A stretch of DNA of 63,681 bases from contig CAKOXL010000004.1 in the NCBI GenBank assembly GCA_934130105.1, forward strand, positions 1 through 63,681, given 5' to 3'. The stretch comes from an uncultured Bacilli bacterium. GTDB taxonomy: Bacteria; Bacillota_I; Bacilli_A; RF39; UBA660. Shown one piece after another: positions 45,097-56,121 of the stretch (positions are counted from its first letter, which is position 1; every line of letters starts with the position of its first letter). The notes under the pieces are model-generated. The model was given only the letters and a program-made list of their open reading frames with translations, made no database searches and was not told where the DNA came from. A program made the position numbers and the translations under genes.

Positions 45097-46530
45097 TTAG
45101 TACTGTTTACCCCAGTATACTAAGTGTTTAGCATCGTTTCCACAAACCAAACATTTACCATTATTATCATCGCCATCAAATGGAATGCATCTTGAAGTAA
45201 TACCAGTTTCTTCTTTTATTTTATCTTCGCAAGAACGATTTCCACACCAGTAAGCTTTAATAAAGCCATTTTCTTTTTCAGATAATTTTTTCATCTCATC
45301 TAATGTTGATACTGAATGAGTCATAGAGTCACGTCTTATTTTAGCTCTTAAATACATACTATTTTGAATTTCTAATAGTAATTTAATGATTTCTTCTACT
45401 ATATTATCTAAAGATACTTCCATTTTTTCTAAAGTATCACGTCTTACTAAAACACATTTATTTTCAGCTAGATCTCTTGGGCCTATTTCAATACGAACAG
45501 GAACACCTCTCATTTCAGCTTCTGCAAATCTAAAACCAGGAGATTTTTCTGATAAATCAATACTACAAGTAATACCTTCTAATTTTAGTGATTTAGCAAT
45601 ATCATAACTCTTATCAATTACTTCAGTATTATTTTTACCAATTGGAATGATTGTTACTTTAGTAGGTGCGATATTAGGAGGTAATACTAATCCATGATCA
45701 TCACTATGAGTCATAATCATTGCTCCAATAATACGAGTAGTCATTCCCCATGAAGTTTGATACATATATTTTTCTTTATTATCGCGATCCATAAATGTCA
45801 TATTAAAAGCTCGAGCAAAATTATCGCCAAAATAATGACTAGTTCCTGATTGTAAAGCTATACCATTATACATCAAAGCTTCAATTGTATAAGTATTTTC
45901 AGCTCCAGCAAATTTTTCTTTTTCGGTTTTTTCACCTTTTACAACAGGGATTGCTAAAATATCTTCACAAAAATCAGCATAGATATTTAACATTTTTAAA
46001 GTTTCTTCTTTTGCTTCTTCACTAGTAGCATGAACAGTATGACCTTCTTGCCATAAAAATTCACGGCTTCTTAAAAAAGGACGGGTTGTTTTTTCCCAAC
46101 GTACTACACTACACCACTGATTATAAAGTTTTGGTAAATCACGATAGCTTTTTATCGTATTAGCATAATGATCACAGAATAATGTTTCACTAGTAGGTCT
46201 TACACATAATCTTTCAGCTAACTCTTCACTACCACCATGTGTTACCCAAGCAACTTCTGGTGCAAATCCTTCTACATGGTCCTTTTCTTTTTGTAATAGT
46301 GATTCTGGAATAAACATTGGCATATATACATTTTGATGGCCGGTTTCTTTAAATTTTTTATCTAATTCCTTTTGAATATTTTCCCATATAGCATAACCAT
46401 AAGGTCTAATAATCATACATCCTTTTACACTTGAGTAGTCAATTAATTCTGCTTTTTTACAAATGTCAGTATACCATTTAGCAAAATCAACATCACGACT
46501 AGTTATTTCTTTTAACTCTTTTTCTTCCAT
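45097..46530 (-). CDS. proS: Prolyl-tRNA synthetase (archaeal/eukaryote-like type with a C-terminal Zn-binding domain)
   Basis: 477 aa with class II motifs. No INS editing domain. C-terminal C..C...C..C. Confidence 0.93.
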   Translation of the reverse strand: MEEKELKEITSRDVDFAKWYTDICKKAELIDYSSVKGCMIIRPYGYAIWENIQKELDKKFKETGHQNVYMPMFIPESLLQKEKDHVEGFAPEVAWVTHGGSEELAERLCVRPTSETLFCDHYANTIKSYRDLPKLYNQWCSVVRWEKTTRPFLRSREFLWQEGHTVHATSEEAKEETLKMLNIYADFCEDILAIPVVKGEKTEKEKFAGAENTYTIEALMYNGIALQSGTSHYFGDNFARAFNMTFMDRDNKEKYMYQTSWGMTTRIIGAMIMTHSDDHGLVLPPNIAPTKVTIIPIGKNNTEVIDKSYDIAKSLKLEGITCSIDLSEKSPGFRFAEAEMRGVPVRIEIGPRDLAENKCVLVRRDTLEKMEVSLDNIVEEIIKLLLEIQNSMYLRAKIRRDSMTHSVSTLDEMKKLSEKENGFIKAYWCGNRSCEDKIKEETGITSRCIPFDGDDNNGKCLVCGNDAKHLVYWGKQY

Positions 46531-46726
46531 AATTTCACTTCCTAGTAAGATTATACAGTAATTTCTTAAAAATTAAAACAAAAATAGGAAATTAAATTGG
46601 TATTTTATAGTAGTTTTTAAAAATAGTAAACTACCTCTAATATTATTACTGTTTTTACTTATATCTGTATTAAGATAATGACTCGCTAAGTTATAACTAC
46701 ATATATTATGGTGGAGAAGTGATTAT

Positions 46727-48595
46727 ATGGAAATAATAGATAGTCAAAGTGTAAAGGTATTTACTAGCCAAGATTTAAAGGAAGCATTAGAAAATGATAA
46801 TGGTTATTTAAATATATATTTAGCTAATGATATTACTTTAGAAAGTGGAATTACATTAAATTCAAATAAGGAAAAAATTATAATTGATGGTACTAAAGAT
46901 AATAAGTATACTTTAACTGGTATGAATAGTGTAGAGGTGGCTGATACTATCGTAGCAACTTCATCCAATAAAGAAATTGTAGTAAGAAATATGAATATTA
47001 GTTATACAAATACTTATGGTGTAGTTTATGTACCATTAGATACTAATTATGCTGGTATTTTAACTACTTATGATAGTACTAATTTTAAAGGTACACGACT
47101 AGCTTATAATCCTTATGGAAAAGTTAAAATAGTAGATAGTTATATCGTAATTGAAGAAACCAATGGCGTAGCATCTCTTGAAGTATGTATGGGTAATTAC
47201 GTAATTATTGGTGGTAAGACTACGGTAACTAGTAGTAGCACTAATGGTTCATTATTCTATTTTAGAAATAATTTAAGTCCTTCTATTGTTTTCTTGTGTC
47301 AAAGTGATGTTAGTCTTTCAACAGATACCAAAGAGTTTATGACTGGTACTAATAGATTAAATTTTACTATTTTACATGATACAAAAGTAAATATTGTAAC
47401 GGCAAATGGTTTTATTTCTAATCCCGTATATGGTACTAATAATGTTTTAATAGATGAAAGGGCTACTCTTGTTTTAATTCAAAAATCTCATCAAAGAGTT
47501 CCTATGTGGTCAGTTTTTGGTAACTTTGTGATGAAAAAGGGTTCTAATTTAGAAATTATTAATTCTTATGAAAATACACCAGCTGATAATTATAATCTCC
47601 ACTTTAAAGGTAGTAGTTGCAAACTTATTTTAGATAATCCTAATTCCGTAATTTTGTATAGTAAAAATGCCAATATTTTTTATGCAAATAATCAAGTAGA
47701 ATATCAAATTAAATGTAAGAAAATTAACTTATGGAGTAGTTCAAAAACTTTAACTAGCGCAGGTGATATTAATGATTTACCTCTATATTCTTGGTACAAA
47801 GATGATGATCTAATTGAAATTAATGGTACATTTGATTCTACTACTACATCAATTACTAGTCATAATTTAACAGAAGAAGAACTAACAAACTTACCAGAAT
47901 TAAGTAATTTTCTTTTCCAATCTAAGAAGCAATTATCAATTGGTGATGCAGTAATAAATGTTCATCCTATTAATGCTAGTAAAAATAAGATAAGTGGTCA
48001 TACGACAAGCATGGCTGATGTTTTAATAAAATATAATGATGTTTTTCAAATTGTTGCAGCTGATAGTGATGGACTTTTTGAATATAGTATTACTGATATA
48101 ATAACAGATGGTACTGAAATTGAAATTATTTCTAATGTTTCTAGTAGTTTTATTTATGGTACTCGTAAAATAACTTCACCGTTTGAGGGTGAGTTATCAA
48201 TAATTAATGCTACCAAAGTGTTTACATTTTCTTTAGTTCCTCTAGCTACTAGTCCTACTATTTTTCCAAAAACTAATGATTTAACTATTAATGTTGTTGA
48301 TAGTAGAACAACTAGTTCTAATTGGAAAATCTATGCTTATATTAAGACGCCACCAACTAGTCAGGCTGGTTATGTTTTAAACGATGCACTGATATTTAAG
48401 AATTTTGAAGATGAAAATATTGTTTTAGATGAAAATCCAAAAGTAGTATTTAATGGTGTTGATAGTGGTGGAGTTGTTGAAAATAATATTATCAATTGGT
48501 CTAAAGAAAAAGGGCCTCTTTTAGATTTAACCAATGAATTTTTAGAAGCCAATGAAGAATATTTTGTTGAAATTTATTTTATACTTGAAGAATAA
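46727..48595 (+). CDS. Large beta-rich protein (possible beta-helix adhesin-like N-terminal part and WxL-like C-terminal domain), with no signal peptide
   Basis: The N-terminus DLKEAL.N....I.L..DITL...I.L resembles pectate-lyase-like adhesive domains. The C-terminus has VVDSRTTSSNWKIYA...INWSKEKGPLL. Confidence 0.35.
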   Translation: MEIIDSQSVKVFTSQDLKEALENDNGYLNIYLANDITLESGITLNSNKEKIIIDGTKDNKYTLTGMNSVEVADTIVATSSNKEIVVRNMNISYTNTYGVVYVPLDTNYAGILTTYDSTNFKGTRLAYNPYGKVKIVDSYIVIEETNGVASLEVCMGNYVIIGGKTTVTSSSTNGSLFYFRNNLSPSIVFLCQSDVSLSTDTKEFMTGTNRLNFTILHDTKVNIVTANGFISNPVYGTNNVLIDERATLVLIQKSHQRVPMWSVFGNFVMKKGSNLEIINSYENTPADNYNLHFKGSSCKLILDNPNSVILYSKNANIFYANNQVEYQIKCKKINLWSSSKTLTSAGDINDLPLYSWYKDDDLIEINGTFDSTTTSITSHNLTEEELTNLPELSNFLFQSKKQLSIGDAVINVHPINASKNKISGHTTSMADVLIKYNDVFQIVAADSDGLFEYSITDIITDGTEIEIISNVSSSFIYGTRKITSPFEGELSIINATKVFTFSLVPLATSPTIFPKTNDLTINVVDSRTTSSNWKIYAYIKTPPTSQAGYVLNDALIFKNFEDENIVLDENPKVVFNGVDSGGVVENNIINWSKEKGPLLDLTNEFLEANEEYFVEIYFILEE

Positions 48596-48619
48596 GTATA
48601 TGTTTAAAAAATTAAAAAA

Positions 48620-48649
48620 CCAATTTTAAGGAACAAAACTTAAGATTGG
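48620..48649. terminator. Bidirectional intrinsic terminator
   Basis: CCAATTTTAAG / CTTAAGATTGG stem flanked by A6 and T7. It is related in sequence to the terminator at 15140-15177. Confidence 0.55.
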
Positions 48650-48687
48650 TTTTTTTATATATTTTTAATTTATCAGAGTATATAAAA

Positions 48688-50589
48688 TTATGGTGCTAAG
48701 ACAATACGGAATGAAAATGAGGCATGCATGCCACCTGTATGGTGGACGAATGCAAAAGAACCAGCTTCAGTGCCATGGTTCCAATCGCAACCACGTGCGA
48801 ACCAAGAGTTAGAAGAAAAAGCAAAGTAAGCATAATTTTTGTACCAACTAGATTTATATTTAGGACCACCATCTGGATCTAATTCACTACCAAATGGTCC
48901 CATCTCTCCTGTTGCATCTCCTAATATTTTATTATTATAATTTGTATTTACAGTTGATGTATATTTGTCCCAGTATTTTGAATAAGTGCTATCGCTAAAG
49001 AAATTAGGATATAAACTGGTTATACCACTTGCTCATCCTACTGTTTGATCTCCAGTAGCGTAACCCATTACATACTCCCATGCGCCACCACTCATATCAT
49101 ATATTCCACTATAATTACCAGTTGTTGATGAAACATTAGAATTATTATTAAAATAATTAACGGTATATGTTCCATCAACACCTAAACTAGTTGACTCTAC
49201 TCTATTACCTTCTATACTTATTCCGCTATTATATCCTAAGGTTGGTTCTATAGTGGCGGAATATCCAGTTATATAACTTGAGTTATTATTTATTCTTACA
49301 CTTGATTGGCTACCATAAGCTGAATGCTGTAAATAAGCTACTGCTCCCCATTCGGTATTTTTCATCATATGACTATCTAAATTTCTTTTGTAATCATAAC
49401 TATTTTTAAATGCGTTTCCAGCAGTTATATTTCGCCAACTATATACATTGGGTTTTATTATAATTTTACTTGTATCTACACTATTTACTTGTGAAGCTTC
49501 AGTTGTAGTCGCACCATCATATCCTGTTTCAAACTTTCCTACCCATAAACCATTCGTATCAAAAGCTAAGAATGCTGGATGAGTTAGATATGTTCCTACT
49601 TTAGTTCCAGTAGATGGTGTTGTTTCTTTATTTTCAAATATAATATCTATTGTTTGAGTAGAATCTTCAATACCTGTTAATCCTGTATAAGTTCCTTCAT
49701 TAAATATTTTATATCTATATCTTGGTATCCATACAAAGTATGATTCAATATTATCTTCTGGTATTATTTCACCATCTTGATAAGTAATACTTTCATCTTT
49801 TAAGATAACACTATTAGCCCACTTTTTATCTGAATAACTATACCAAGCTGTTGTAGTATCTGCTTTAGTTACTACTCCTGTATCTGATATTACTACTGGT
49901 ACTAGATTATCAGATATAACTGGATCTGCTCCATTTAAAATAGCTTCTTTATAAGTTTTATCTTGCTCTACTACTTTTCCATTTGCATATACATTTACGG
50001 TTATTATAAATGTCTTATTATTCATATCCCCTTGGGAAAAGTCTGTATCATTATCTATCCACATTCTTAATCTAAAGTTCTTTTCATAATTTGTTGTATT
50101 AGCTGATACTTCTCCTTCATAAATGGTCTTTTCTACTACGCCATCTGGTACTTTAGTATTAGTTTGTGTTAGATTTGAATATTTATCTAGTAGAATCTCT
50201 TCTTCTGTTCCATCTATTTCGGTTAAATATAATTTTACCTTATCTTCATCTAAGGTAGAATCACTCTTTTTTCTTGCTGTTACTTCATATGAAATACTAG
50301 AGTTCATTTCTATTGTTGAAGTTATTTTAAAATCAAATACCTTTCCCTCGCCTGTTTGAAGTTTTCCTTCTTCATCACTTATTGGAAATGCATCAGTTAA
50401 ACTTATACCTTTTCCTATGCCACTTACTTCAGTATACAAGAAGTTTATCTTACCTGTTTTTACGATATTATCAGTTACACCTGTTTTAGAATAAGTAAAT
50501 AGTGAATAGCTTACTCCTACTGTAATTAGTATTAAGCTTAATACTGCTACTAGTGTTAAAAATATTTGTTTCTTTTTATTACTTTTCAT
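48688..50589 (-). pseudogene. Paralog 2 of the DGR target gene, interrupted by a single in-frame TGA (49033-49035)
   Basis: ORFs 49033-50589 and 48688-48903 are in the same frame. The protein is collinear with the 636-aa target (..GAWEYVMGYATGDQTVG*ASGITSLYPNFF..). Confidence 0.75.
48693..48835 (-). repeat. Degenerate VR-like segment (VR2)
   Basis: Aligns without gaps to the TR, with about 37 mismatches. About 20 of these are at non-adenine positions, and the GC-rich IMH-like end is replaced by AT-richer synonymous codons. Confidence 0.75.
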
Positions 50590-50710
50590 AAGATAACCTC
50601 CATACTACTTAGTCTTATCTTTTTATATTTTTTTATAAGCCTACATTTACTGTCGTTGATATTATATTATTCTATTAGCATTTTAGCATTCAAATAAATG
50701 CCAGTCAATA
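50590..50710. repeat. Conserved upstream region (copy of 76-195)
   Basis: See 76-195. The palindrome is degenerate here (TAGCATTCA-AA-TAAATGCCA). Confidence 0.8.
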
Positions 50711-50778
50711 AAATAACATTATACCGGTTAACTATTACACTCTTAAATATTAAAACACTATTTTTTTAAATATAATTA

Positions 50779-51414
50779 TTACTTTAATCTTAAATTGTTT
50801 ATGTTTTCTTGAAAGTCATTACTATTCGTTATATAAGATCCTGATACAACCATATCAACATATTTATTTACTTTATTAATTGTAGTGTTGTTAATTCCTC
50901 CATCAACATTTACTATTACCTTTAATTTATTATCTGTAATATACTTTCTAATTTTTTTAAGTTTATCTTCCGTAGTTGGAATAAATTGTTGACCACCATA
51001 TCCAGGAGTAACACTCATAACTAATATTAAGTCAATCATTTCTATATATGGCTTTATTTTATCAAAGTCTGTATCAGGATTAATAGCTAGCCCACATTTT
51101 ATACCATAACTATGAATCATATTTATGTACTTCTCAATATTTTCTAATACTTCTATATGAAATGTAATATACTCACAATTAAGCATTGAAAATTTCTTTA
51201 TATACTTTTCTAATTTATCGGTCATCAAATGAATATCTAACCTTTTTGATGATATCTTACTTATCTTTTTCAATTTGTGAAAAGGTATTTTTTTTCCTTT
51301 TACGAAATTATTATCAATAAAATCAACATGTATATAATCAACATCAGTCATGTTTAATTTTTTTATTGCTGGGATTATTTTTTCACATGATAAGAAAGAC
51401 GCTGATACTTTCAT
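50779..51414 (-). CDS. rpe: Ribulose-phosphate 3-epimerase
   Basis: HVDFID, HLM, MSVTPGYGGQ and VDGGIN motifs. Confidence 0.85.
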   Translation of the reverse strand: MKVSASFLSCEKIIPAIKKLNMTDVDYIHVDFIDNNFVKGKKIPFHKLKKISKISSKRLDIHLMTDKLEKYIKKFSMLNCEYITFHIEVLENIEKYINMIHSYGIKCGLAINPDTDFDKIKPYIEMIDLILVMSVTPGYGGQQFIPTTEDKLKKIRKYITDNKLKVIVNVDGGINNTTINKVNKYVDMVVSGSYITNSNDFQENINNLRLK

Positions 51415-51419
51415 TTTTA

Positions 51420-52253
51420 CTACCCCCTATTATCTGATATTATTTTTTTATAGTTTTCGTATCTAGTTGGCAATATAGAGCCATTATTTACTGCTTCTAT
51501 AACTTTACATTCTTTTTCTTTTAAGTGCATGCAATCATGATAAGGACAATGATAATTAGAAAATTCTATAAATCCATCTTTTATATCTGATTTAGTTAAG
51601 TCTTCAAAACTAATAGAAGAAAAACCTGGTGTATCTAGTACTTTACCTTTAAATAATTCTATTAATTCTACATGTCTTGTGGTATGTTTTCCTCTACCTA
51701 GTGCTTTAGATATTTCTCCTGTTTCAAGATTTAACTTTTTATCTAATTTATTTATAAGTGAACTTTTTCCAGCACCTGTTTGTCCTGTAAACACTGTTGT
51801 CTTATTTTTAAATAGTCTTTTTATTCTAAATAAATTATTATTGTATAAAACAGTATAACCTATTTTTTGATAATACTTTTTTATTTTTTTAATACTTTTT
51901 AATTCTTCTTTAGTTAATAAATCTTTTTTTGACAAGCAAATTATTGGCTTTATGTGATTAAACTCTAAAATTACTAATAATTTATCCAATAAATTAGAGG
52001 AAAAATCAGGACTTTTGCAACTCGTTACAATTAGAGCTTGATCGATATTACTAACTAGCGGTCTAATTAAAAAGTTTTTTCTAGGTAATATTTCTAAAAT
52101 ATAATTATTTTTATCATCAAATACAACATAATCTCCAACTACTGGCGTAATATTATCATTTCTAAATTTTCCTCTAGAGTGACATTCATAAATATTACCA
52201 TTACAGTTTACAGAATATAAGTTACTAATTATTTTAACGATTTGTCCTTTCAT
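51420..52253 (-). CDS. rsgA: Ribosome small subunit-dependent GTPase A
   Basis: Circularly permuted GTPase (SKKDL, GQTGAGKSSLIN) with a Zn knuckle (CPYHDCMHLKEKEC). Confidence 0.9.
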   Translation of the reverse strand: MKGQIVKIISNLYSVNCNGNIYECHSRGKFRNDNITPVVGDYVVFDDKNNYILEILPRKNFLIRPLVSNIDQALIVTSCKSPDFSSNLLDKLLVILEFNHIKPIICLSKKDLLTKEELKSIKKIKKYYQKIGYTVLYNNNLFRIKRLFKNKTTVFTGQTGAGKSSLINKLDKKLNLETGEISKALGRGKHTTRHVELIELFKGKVLDTPGFSSISFEDLTKSDIKDGFIEFSNYHCPYHDCMHLKEKECKVIEAVNNGSILPTRYENYKKIISDNRG

Positions 52254-52267
52254 ATTTCCTCCAAGAA

Positions 52268-54058
52268 TTATTGATCTTGATTATTATTTTCATCATTATC
52301 TGTAGTACTATCAGATGGTTCAACTGGCTTTATGTCGTTATTTACTTCTGGAACTTTTGCTACAACAATTTTTAAAGTAGAGCCACTAATAATTGGTGTC
52401 TTAGGTGAACGTGATTGACTAATTAATGTTCCTTCTTTATACTGTAATGTCTCTTCATAATCAATTTTTAAAGTTATATTGTATTTAGTACAAAATGCTT
52501 CTACATCCTCTATTGTCCATTCTTCTTCTACCATATTAGGATATCCATCCATTATATTAGGTATATATAGTGTTATTTCATCGCCTTTTCCAAGCTGGGT
52601 ACCAGCTGGAACACTTTGACCTATTATCTCTTGTTCACTATAATCTTTAGTACTATCAACATCTTTTTTCTCAACTGTTACTTCCAAGCCATGAACTTCT
52701 TTTAAAAGTGTTCTAATTTCAATATAATTATCACCGGTATAATCTTCAACTGTATATGTTTCAGCGCCAAGAGATTCATATAATGTTATAGTACTACCTT
52801 TTTTAATAGTTCTTCCAGCTTGAGGATCGGTTTTAATTACTTTTCCTTTTTCAATTTCATTATTTTCTTCTTTTTTAGTTTCTAGTGCTACTTCAAAGCC
52901 ACTATTTTTTAATTCTAATTCAGCATCAATTACACTCATATTTGTAACATTAGGTATTTTTATATCCGGTATCCTAGTAAAGTATGGAACAATAAAAAAT
53001 ACTGAAACTAATGCAATTACGATAATGGTAAAAATTGATGCTAAAACCCAGATTACAACATTAGTTTTTTTAACTATTTTATCTTCTTGTTCATTATTTT
53101 CATTAGCTTCTGTTGATGTTACATTATTATTTAATTTTTCATCCGTTTTTTGTTTAACTACTGAAATTGTTTTAGTATTTTCATCAACTTCATGCTCTGG
53201 ATATTTAAAAACTAATTTTGGTTCATTCATTCTATCGTCATTTAATACTGTTAGTAAATCAGCATGCATTTCTTTACTATCGCTATAACGATTTTTAGGA
53301 TTTTTAGCTGTTGCCTTTAATATTACATTTTCAACACTTTGAGGAATAGCTGGATTCTTTTTACGAACACTAGGAATCTCATCTCTCATTTGCTTAAGAG
53401 CAATTTCAACAGCATTATCACCCTTAAATGGTAATGTCCCTGTTAATATTTCGTAGAATAAAATACCCATAGAATAAATATCACTACGAATAGTAGAGCC
53501 TTTACCACTAGCCTGTTCTGGTGGAAGATAGTGAACACTACCCATTACAGAGTTTGTTTGTGTAAGTTGAGTAGAATTAAGTGCCATCGCAATACCAAAA
53601 TCAGTAATTTTAATGGTTCCATCTTCTTTAATCATGATATTTTGAGGCTTTAAATCTCTATGAATAATATAACTATCATGAGCTTGACTAATACCATCCG
53701 TAATTTGAAGCATAATATCAATTGCTTCACTTAAAGTTAGGGCACCACGTTTTTTTATTAATTGCTTTAGTGTTTTACCTTCAATATACTCCATAACAAT
53801 ATAATAAATTCCGTTATCTTCTCCTACATCATACATCTCAACGATATTAGGATGTGACAAACTTGATGCTGATAATGCTTCTCTTTGAAAACGTCTTACA
53901 AACTTTTCATCGTTTGATAAATCTCCTCTTAGTACCTTTACAGCTACTCTTCTATCTAATATAGTATCATAGGCTAAATAAACATTAGCCATACCACCTT
54001 CACCAATACTTTTAATGACTTCATATCTGTCATTAATTTTTTGCCCCTTTTCTATCAT
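52268..54058 (-). CDS. prkC: Ser/Thr protein kinase with PASTA repeats
   Basis: Hanks kinase motifs (GEGGMANVY, HRDLKPQN, DFG), a TM segment, and three PASTA-like repeats. Confidence 0.93.
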   Translation of the reverse strand: MIEKGQKINDRYEVIKSIGEGGMANVYLAYDTILDRRVAVKVLRGDLSNDEKFVRRFQREALSASSLSHPNIVEMYDVGEDNGIYYIVMEYIEGKTLKQLIKKRGALTLSEAIDIMLQITDGISQAHDSYIIHRDLKPQNIMIKEDGTIKITDFGIAMALNSTQLTQTNSVMGSVHYLPPEQASGKGSTIRSDIYSMGILFYEILTGTLPFKGDNAVEIALKQMRDEIPSVRKKNPAIPQSVENVILKATAKNPKNRYSDSKEMHADLLTVLNDDRMNEPKLVFKYPEHEVDENTKTISVVKQKTDEKLNNNVTSTEANENNEQEDKIVKKTNVVIWVLASIFTIIVIALVSVFFIVPYFTRIPDIKIPNVTNMSVIDAELELKNSGFEVALETKKEENNEIEKGKVIKTDPQAGRTIKKGSTITLYESLGAETYTVEDYTGDNYIEIRTLLKEVHGLEVTVEKKDVDSTKDYSEQEIIGQSVPAGTQLGKGDEITLYIPNIMDGYPNMVEEEWTIEDVEAFCTKYNITLKIDYEETLQYKEGTLISQSRSPKTPIISGSTLKIVVAKVPEVNNDIKPVEPSDSTTDNDENNNQDQ

Positions 54059-54816
54059 TATTCTTCACCCTTTTCTTCTACTTCTTTTTTATATCTTTCT
54101 AAATATGCAATACTAATATTATCTGTTCCACCACGATTAATAGCTTTTTTCATTAATCTGATTACTTTATCTTCTATTTCATAATCACTAAGCATTACTT
54201 TTTCAATAGTATCAACATCTAACATATTAGTAAGTCCATCACTACATAAAAATATATCTGTTACTTCTGTATCACAATCAAAAATATCTACTTCTATTGG
54301 ATCATTTGCTCCTAATGCTTTCATTAAAACATTTCTTTTAGGATGATCTTTTGCTTCTTCTTCGGTTAATTCACCAGCTGTAACTAATAAATTAACTAGT
54401 GTATGATCATATGTTATTTTATGCAGATGGTTATTTTTCATAGCAAAACCACTAGAATCGCCAATATTTCCAAATAAAACATAGTCTTTAGTACTAATAG
54501 CAAGAACTAAAGTAGTACCCATGCCTTTACTTTCAGTATGCTCTTTGGCATGGCTAAATATTAAAGAATTTATTTCTTTTACAGCATCACGTATCCATTC
54601 AACTGCTTCATCTTTACTTAACTTTAGAAAGGTATCTTGAAAGTGCTTTCCTAAATAACTAATAGCAATACTACTAGCTACTTCACCACAACGGTGTCCA
54701 CCCATTCCATCAGCTACTGCAAGTAAATATTCATCATCTATATTTCTAACGATTATAACACTATCTTCATTGTGACTTCTAACTTTCCCAGCATCTGTTA
54801 AATAAAATGACTTCAT
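54058..54816 (-). CDS. prpC: PP2C-family Ser/Thr phosphatase
   Basis: RSHNEDS, ADGMGGH and CSDGL motifs. Its stop overlaps the prkC start. Confidence 0.9.
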   Translation of the reverse strand: MKSFYLTDAGKVRSHNEDSVIIVRNIDDEYLLAVADGMGGHRCGEVASSIAISYLGKHFQDTFLKLSKDEAVEWIRDAVKEINSLIFSHAKEHTESKGMGTTLVLAISTKDYVLFGNIGDSSGFAMKNNHLHKITYDHTLVNLLVTAGELTEEEAKDHPKRNVLMKALGANDPIEVDIFDCDTEVTDIFLCSDGLTNMLDVDTIEKVMLSDYEIEDKVIRLMKKAINRGGTDNISIAYLERYKKEVEEKGEE

Positions 54817-54818
54817 TA

Positions 54819-55838
54819 TTAGTCCTCCTTTTTGCTCCTAAGTTGTCCACAGGCAGCACTAATTTTACTTCCATATTCTCTTCTTATAGTTACATTTATC
54901 TTATTCTTTTTAAGTATATCATAAAAATTAGAAATATTTTCACTTTTTGTACGTTTATAAGAAATATTATTGGTCTCATTATATGGTATTAGATTTATAT
55001 AACAATTCATGCCTTTTACTAAATTAGCTAATTCTACTGCACACTTACTGGTATCATTTACTTGGTCTAATAATATATATTCAAATGTAACTCTACGATT
55101 AGTTTTTTTAATGTACTCTTTTAAAGTATCCATTAAGACAGAAATGGGGTAAGCTTTATTAATAGGCATAATGGTATTTCTAATTTCATCATTAGGAGCA
55201 TGTAAACTAATAGCTAAATTTACTTGATATGGTAAATTCATAAATTCTTTTATTTTAGGGACAACACCACATGTAGAAACTGTAATATGACGGCTTCCAA
55301 GCTCTATTCCTTTAGGATTATTAATAATTTCAATAAATTTTACTAAGTTATCATAATTATCAAATGGTTCACCAATACCCATTACTACAACATGACTAAT
55401 TCTTGTTTTGCATTCTTCTTCAACCAATAAAATTTGTTCTATCATTTCATGTGTTTCTAGATTACGAACTTTTTTAAGTCTACCACTTTCACAAAATTTG
55501 CATCCCATATTGCATCCTACCTGGGTTGAAATACATAAACTATTACCATACAAATGGTTCATAAGTACTGCTTCTACTTTTTCATTATCTTTTAAAGAAA
55601 ATAAATATTTATTAACATCTGTATCTCTTTCTACTTTGGAAATAGAAATTGTTTTAAGCTCAAAATCTTTTTTTAACATTTCAATAATTTCTTTTTTTAT
55701 ATTAGTCATCTCGTCAAAAGATGTTATTCTTTTACGGTATAGCCAATCAAACACTTGACTTCCTTTGAATTTTTTTAAATTTTTGCTTACAAAATATTCT
55801 TCTAAATCTTCTAAACTGAGATTATATATGTTATTCAT
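54819..55838 (-). CDS. rlmN: 23S rRNA/tRNA (adenine-C2)-methyltransferase RlmN (radical SAM)
   Basis: CNMGCKFCESG radical-SAM motif and a C-terminal ACGQL. Confidence 0.9.
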   Translation of the reverse strand: MNNIYNLSLEDLEEYFVSKNLKKFKGSQVFDWLYRKRITSFDEMTNIKKEIIEMLKKDFELKTISISKVERDTDVNKYLFSLKDNEKVEAVLMNHLYGNSLCISTQVGCNMGCKFCESGRLKKVRNLETHEMIEQILLVEEECKTRISHVVVMGIGEPFDNYDNLVKFIEIINNPKGIELGSRHITVSTCGVVPKIKEFMNLPYQVNLAISLHAPNDEIRNTIMPINKAYPISVLMDTLKEYIKKTNRRVTFEYILLDQVNDTSKCAVELANLVKGMNCYINLIPYNETNNISYKRTKSENISNFYDILKKNKINVTIRREYGSKISAACGQLRSKKED

Positions 55839-56121
55839 AATTTCACCTACTTACTAATAGAACAAAAATATAATATAAAATAAAATTAATTTAATTTATT
55901 TTAATAGTAGTTAAATATAATACTTTTATTATTTACCTAGATAAACTTTAAAACGTTTATTTATTACTTAGATTTGTTCCTTTCATTATAATTTATATTA
56001 TAACTTATTTTTCTTGTTTCTGATAGTACTTTTCTTTTTTAGTTTAACAATTAATTGTATTTAAATTAAAATTAAAGAAACTTAAAAAATTCTAAGTTTC
56101 TTTTTGATATTAATGTTTATT

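Noticed and set aside
46531-46726. T-box riboswitch upstream of proS
   Set aside because: Only about 195 bp is available, shared with a divergent gene. I could not find the conserved T-box sequence (GGTGGTACCGCG-like) or a specifier/terminator architecture on the minus strand.
49033-49035. In-frame TGA read as an alternative genetic code (TGA=Trp/Gly) or as selenocysteine
   Set aside because: All other long genes are intact under the standard bacterial code. TGA is used as a genuine stop, for example at 11807-11809, where it overlaps the next start. No SECIS-like context was evident. A nonsense mutation is the simpler reading.
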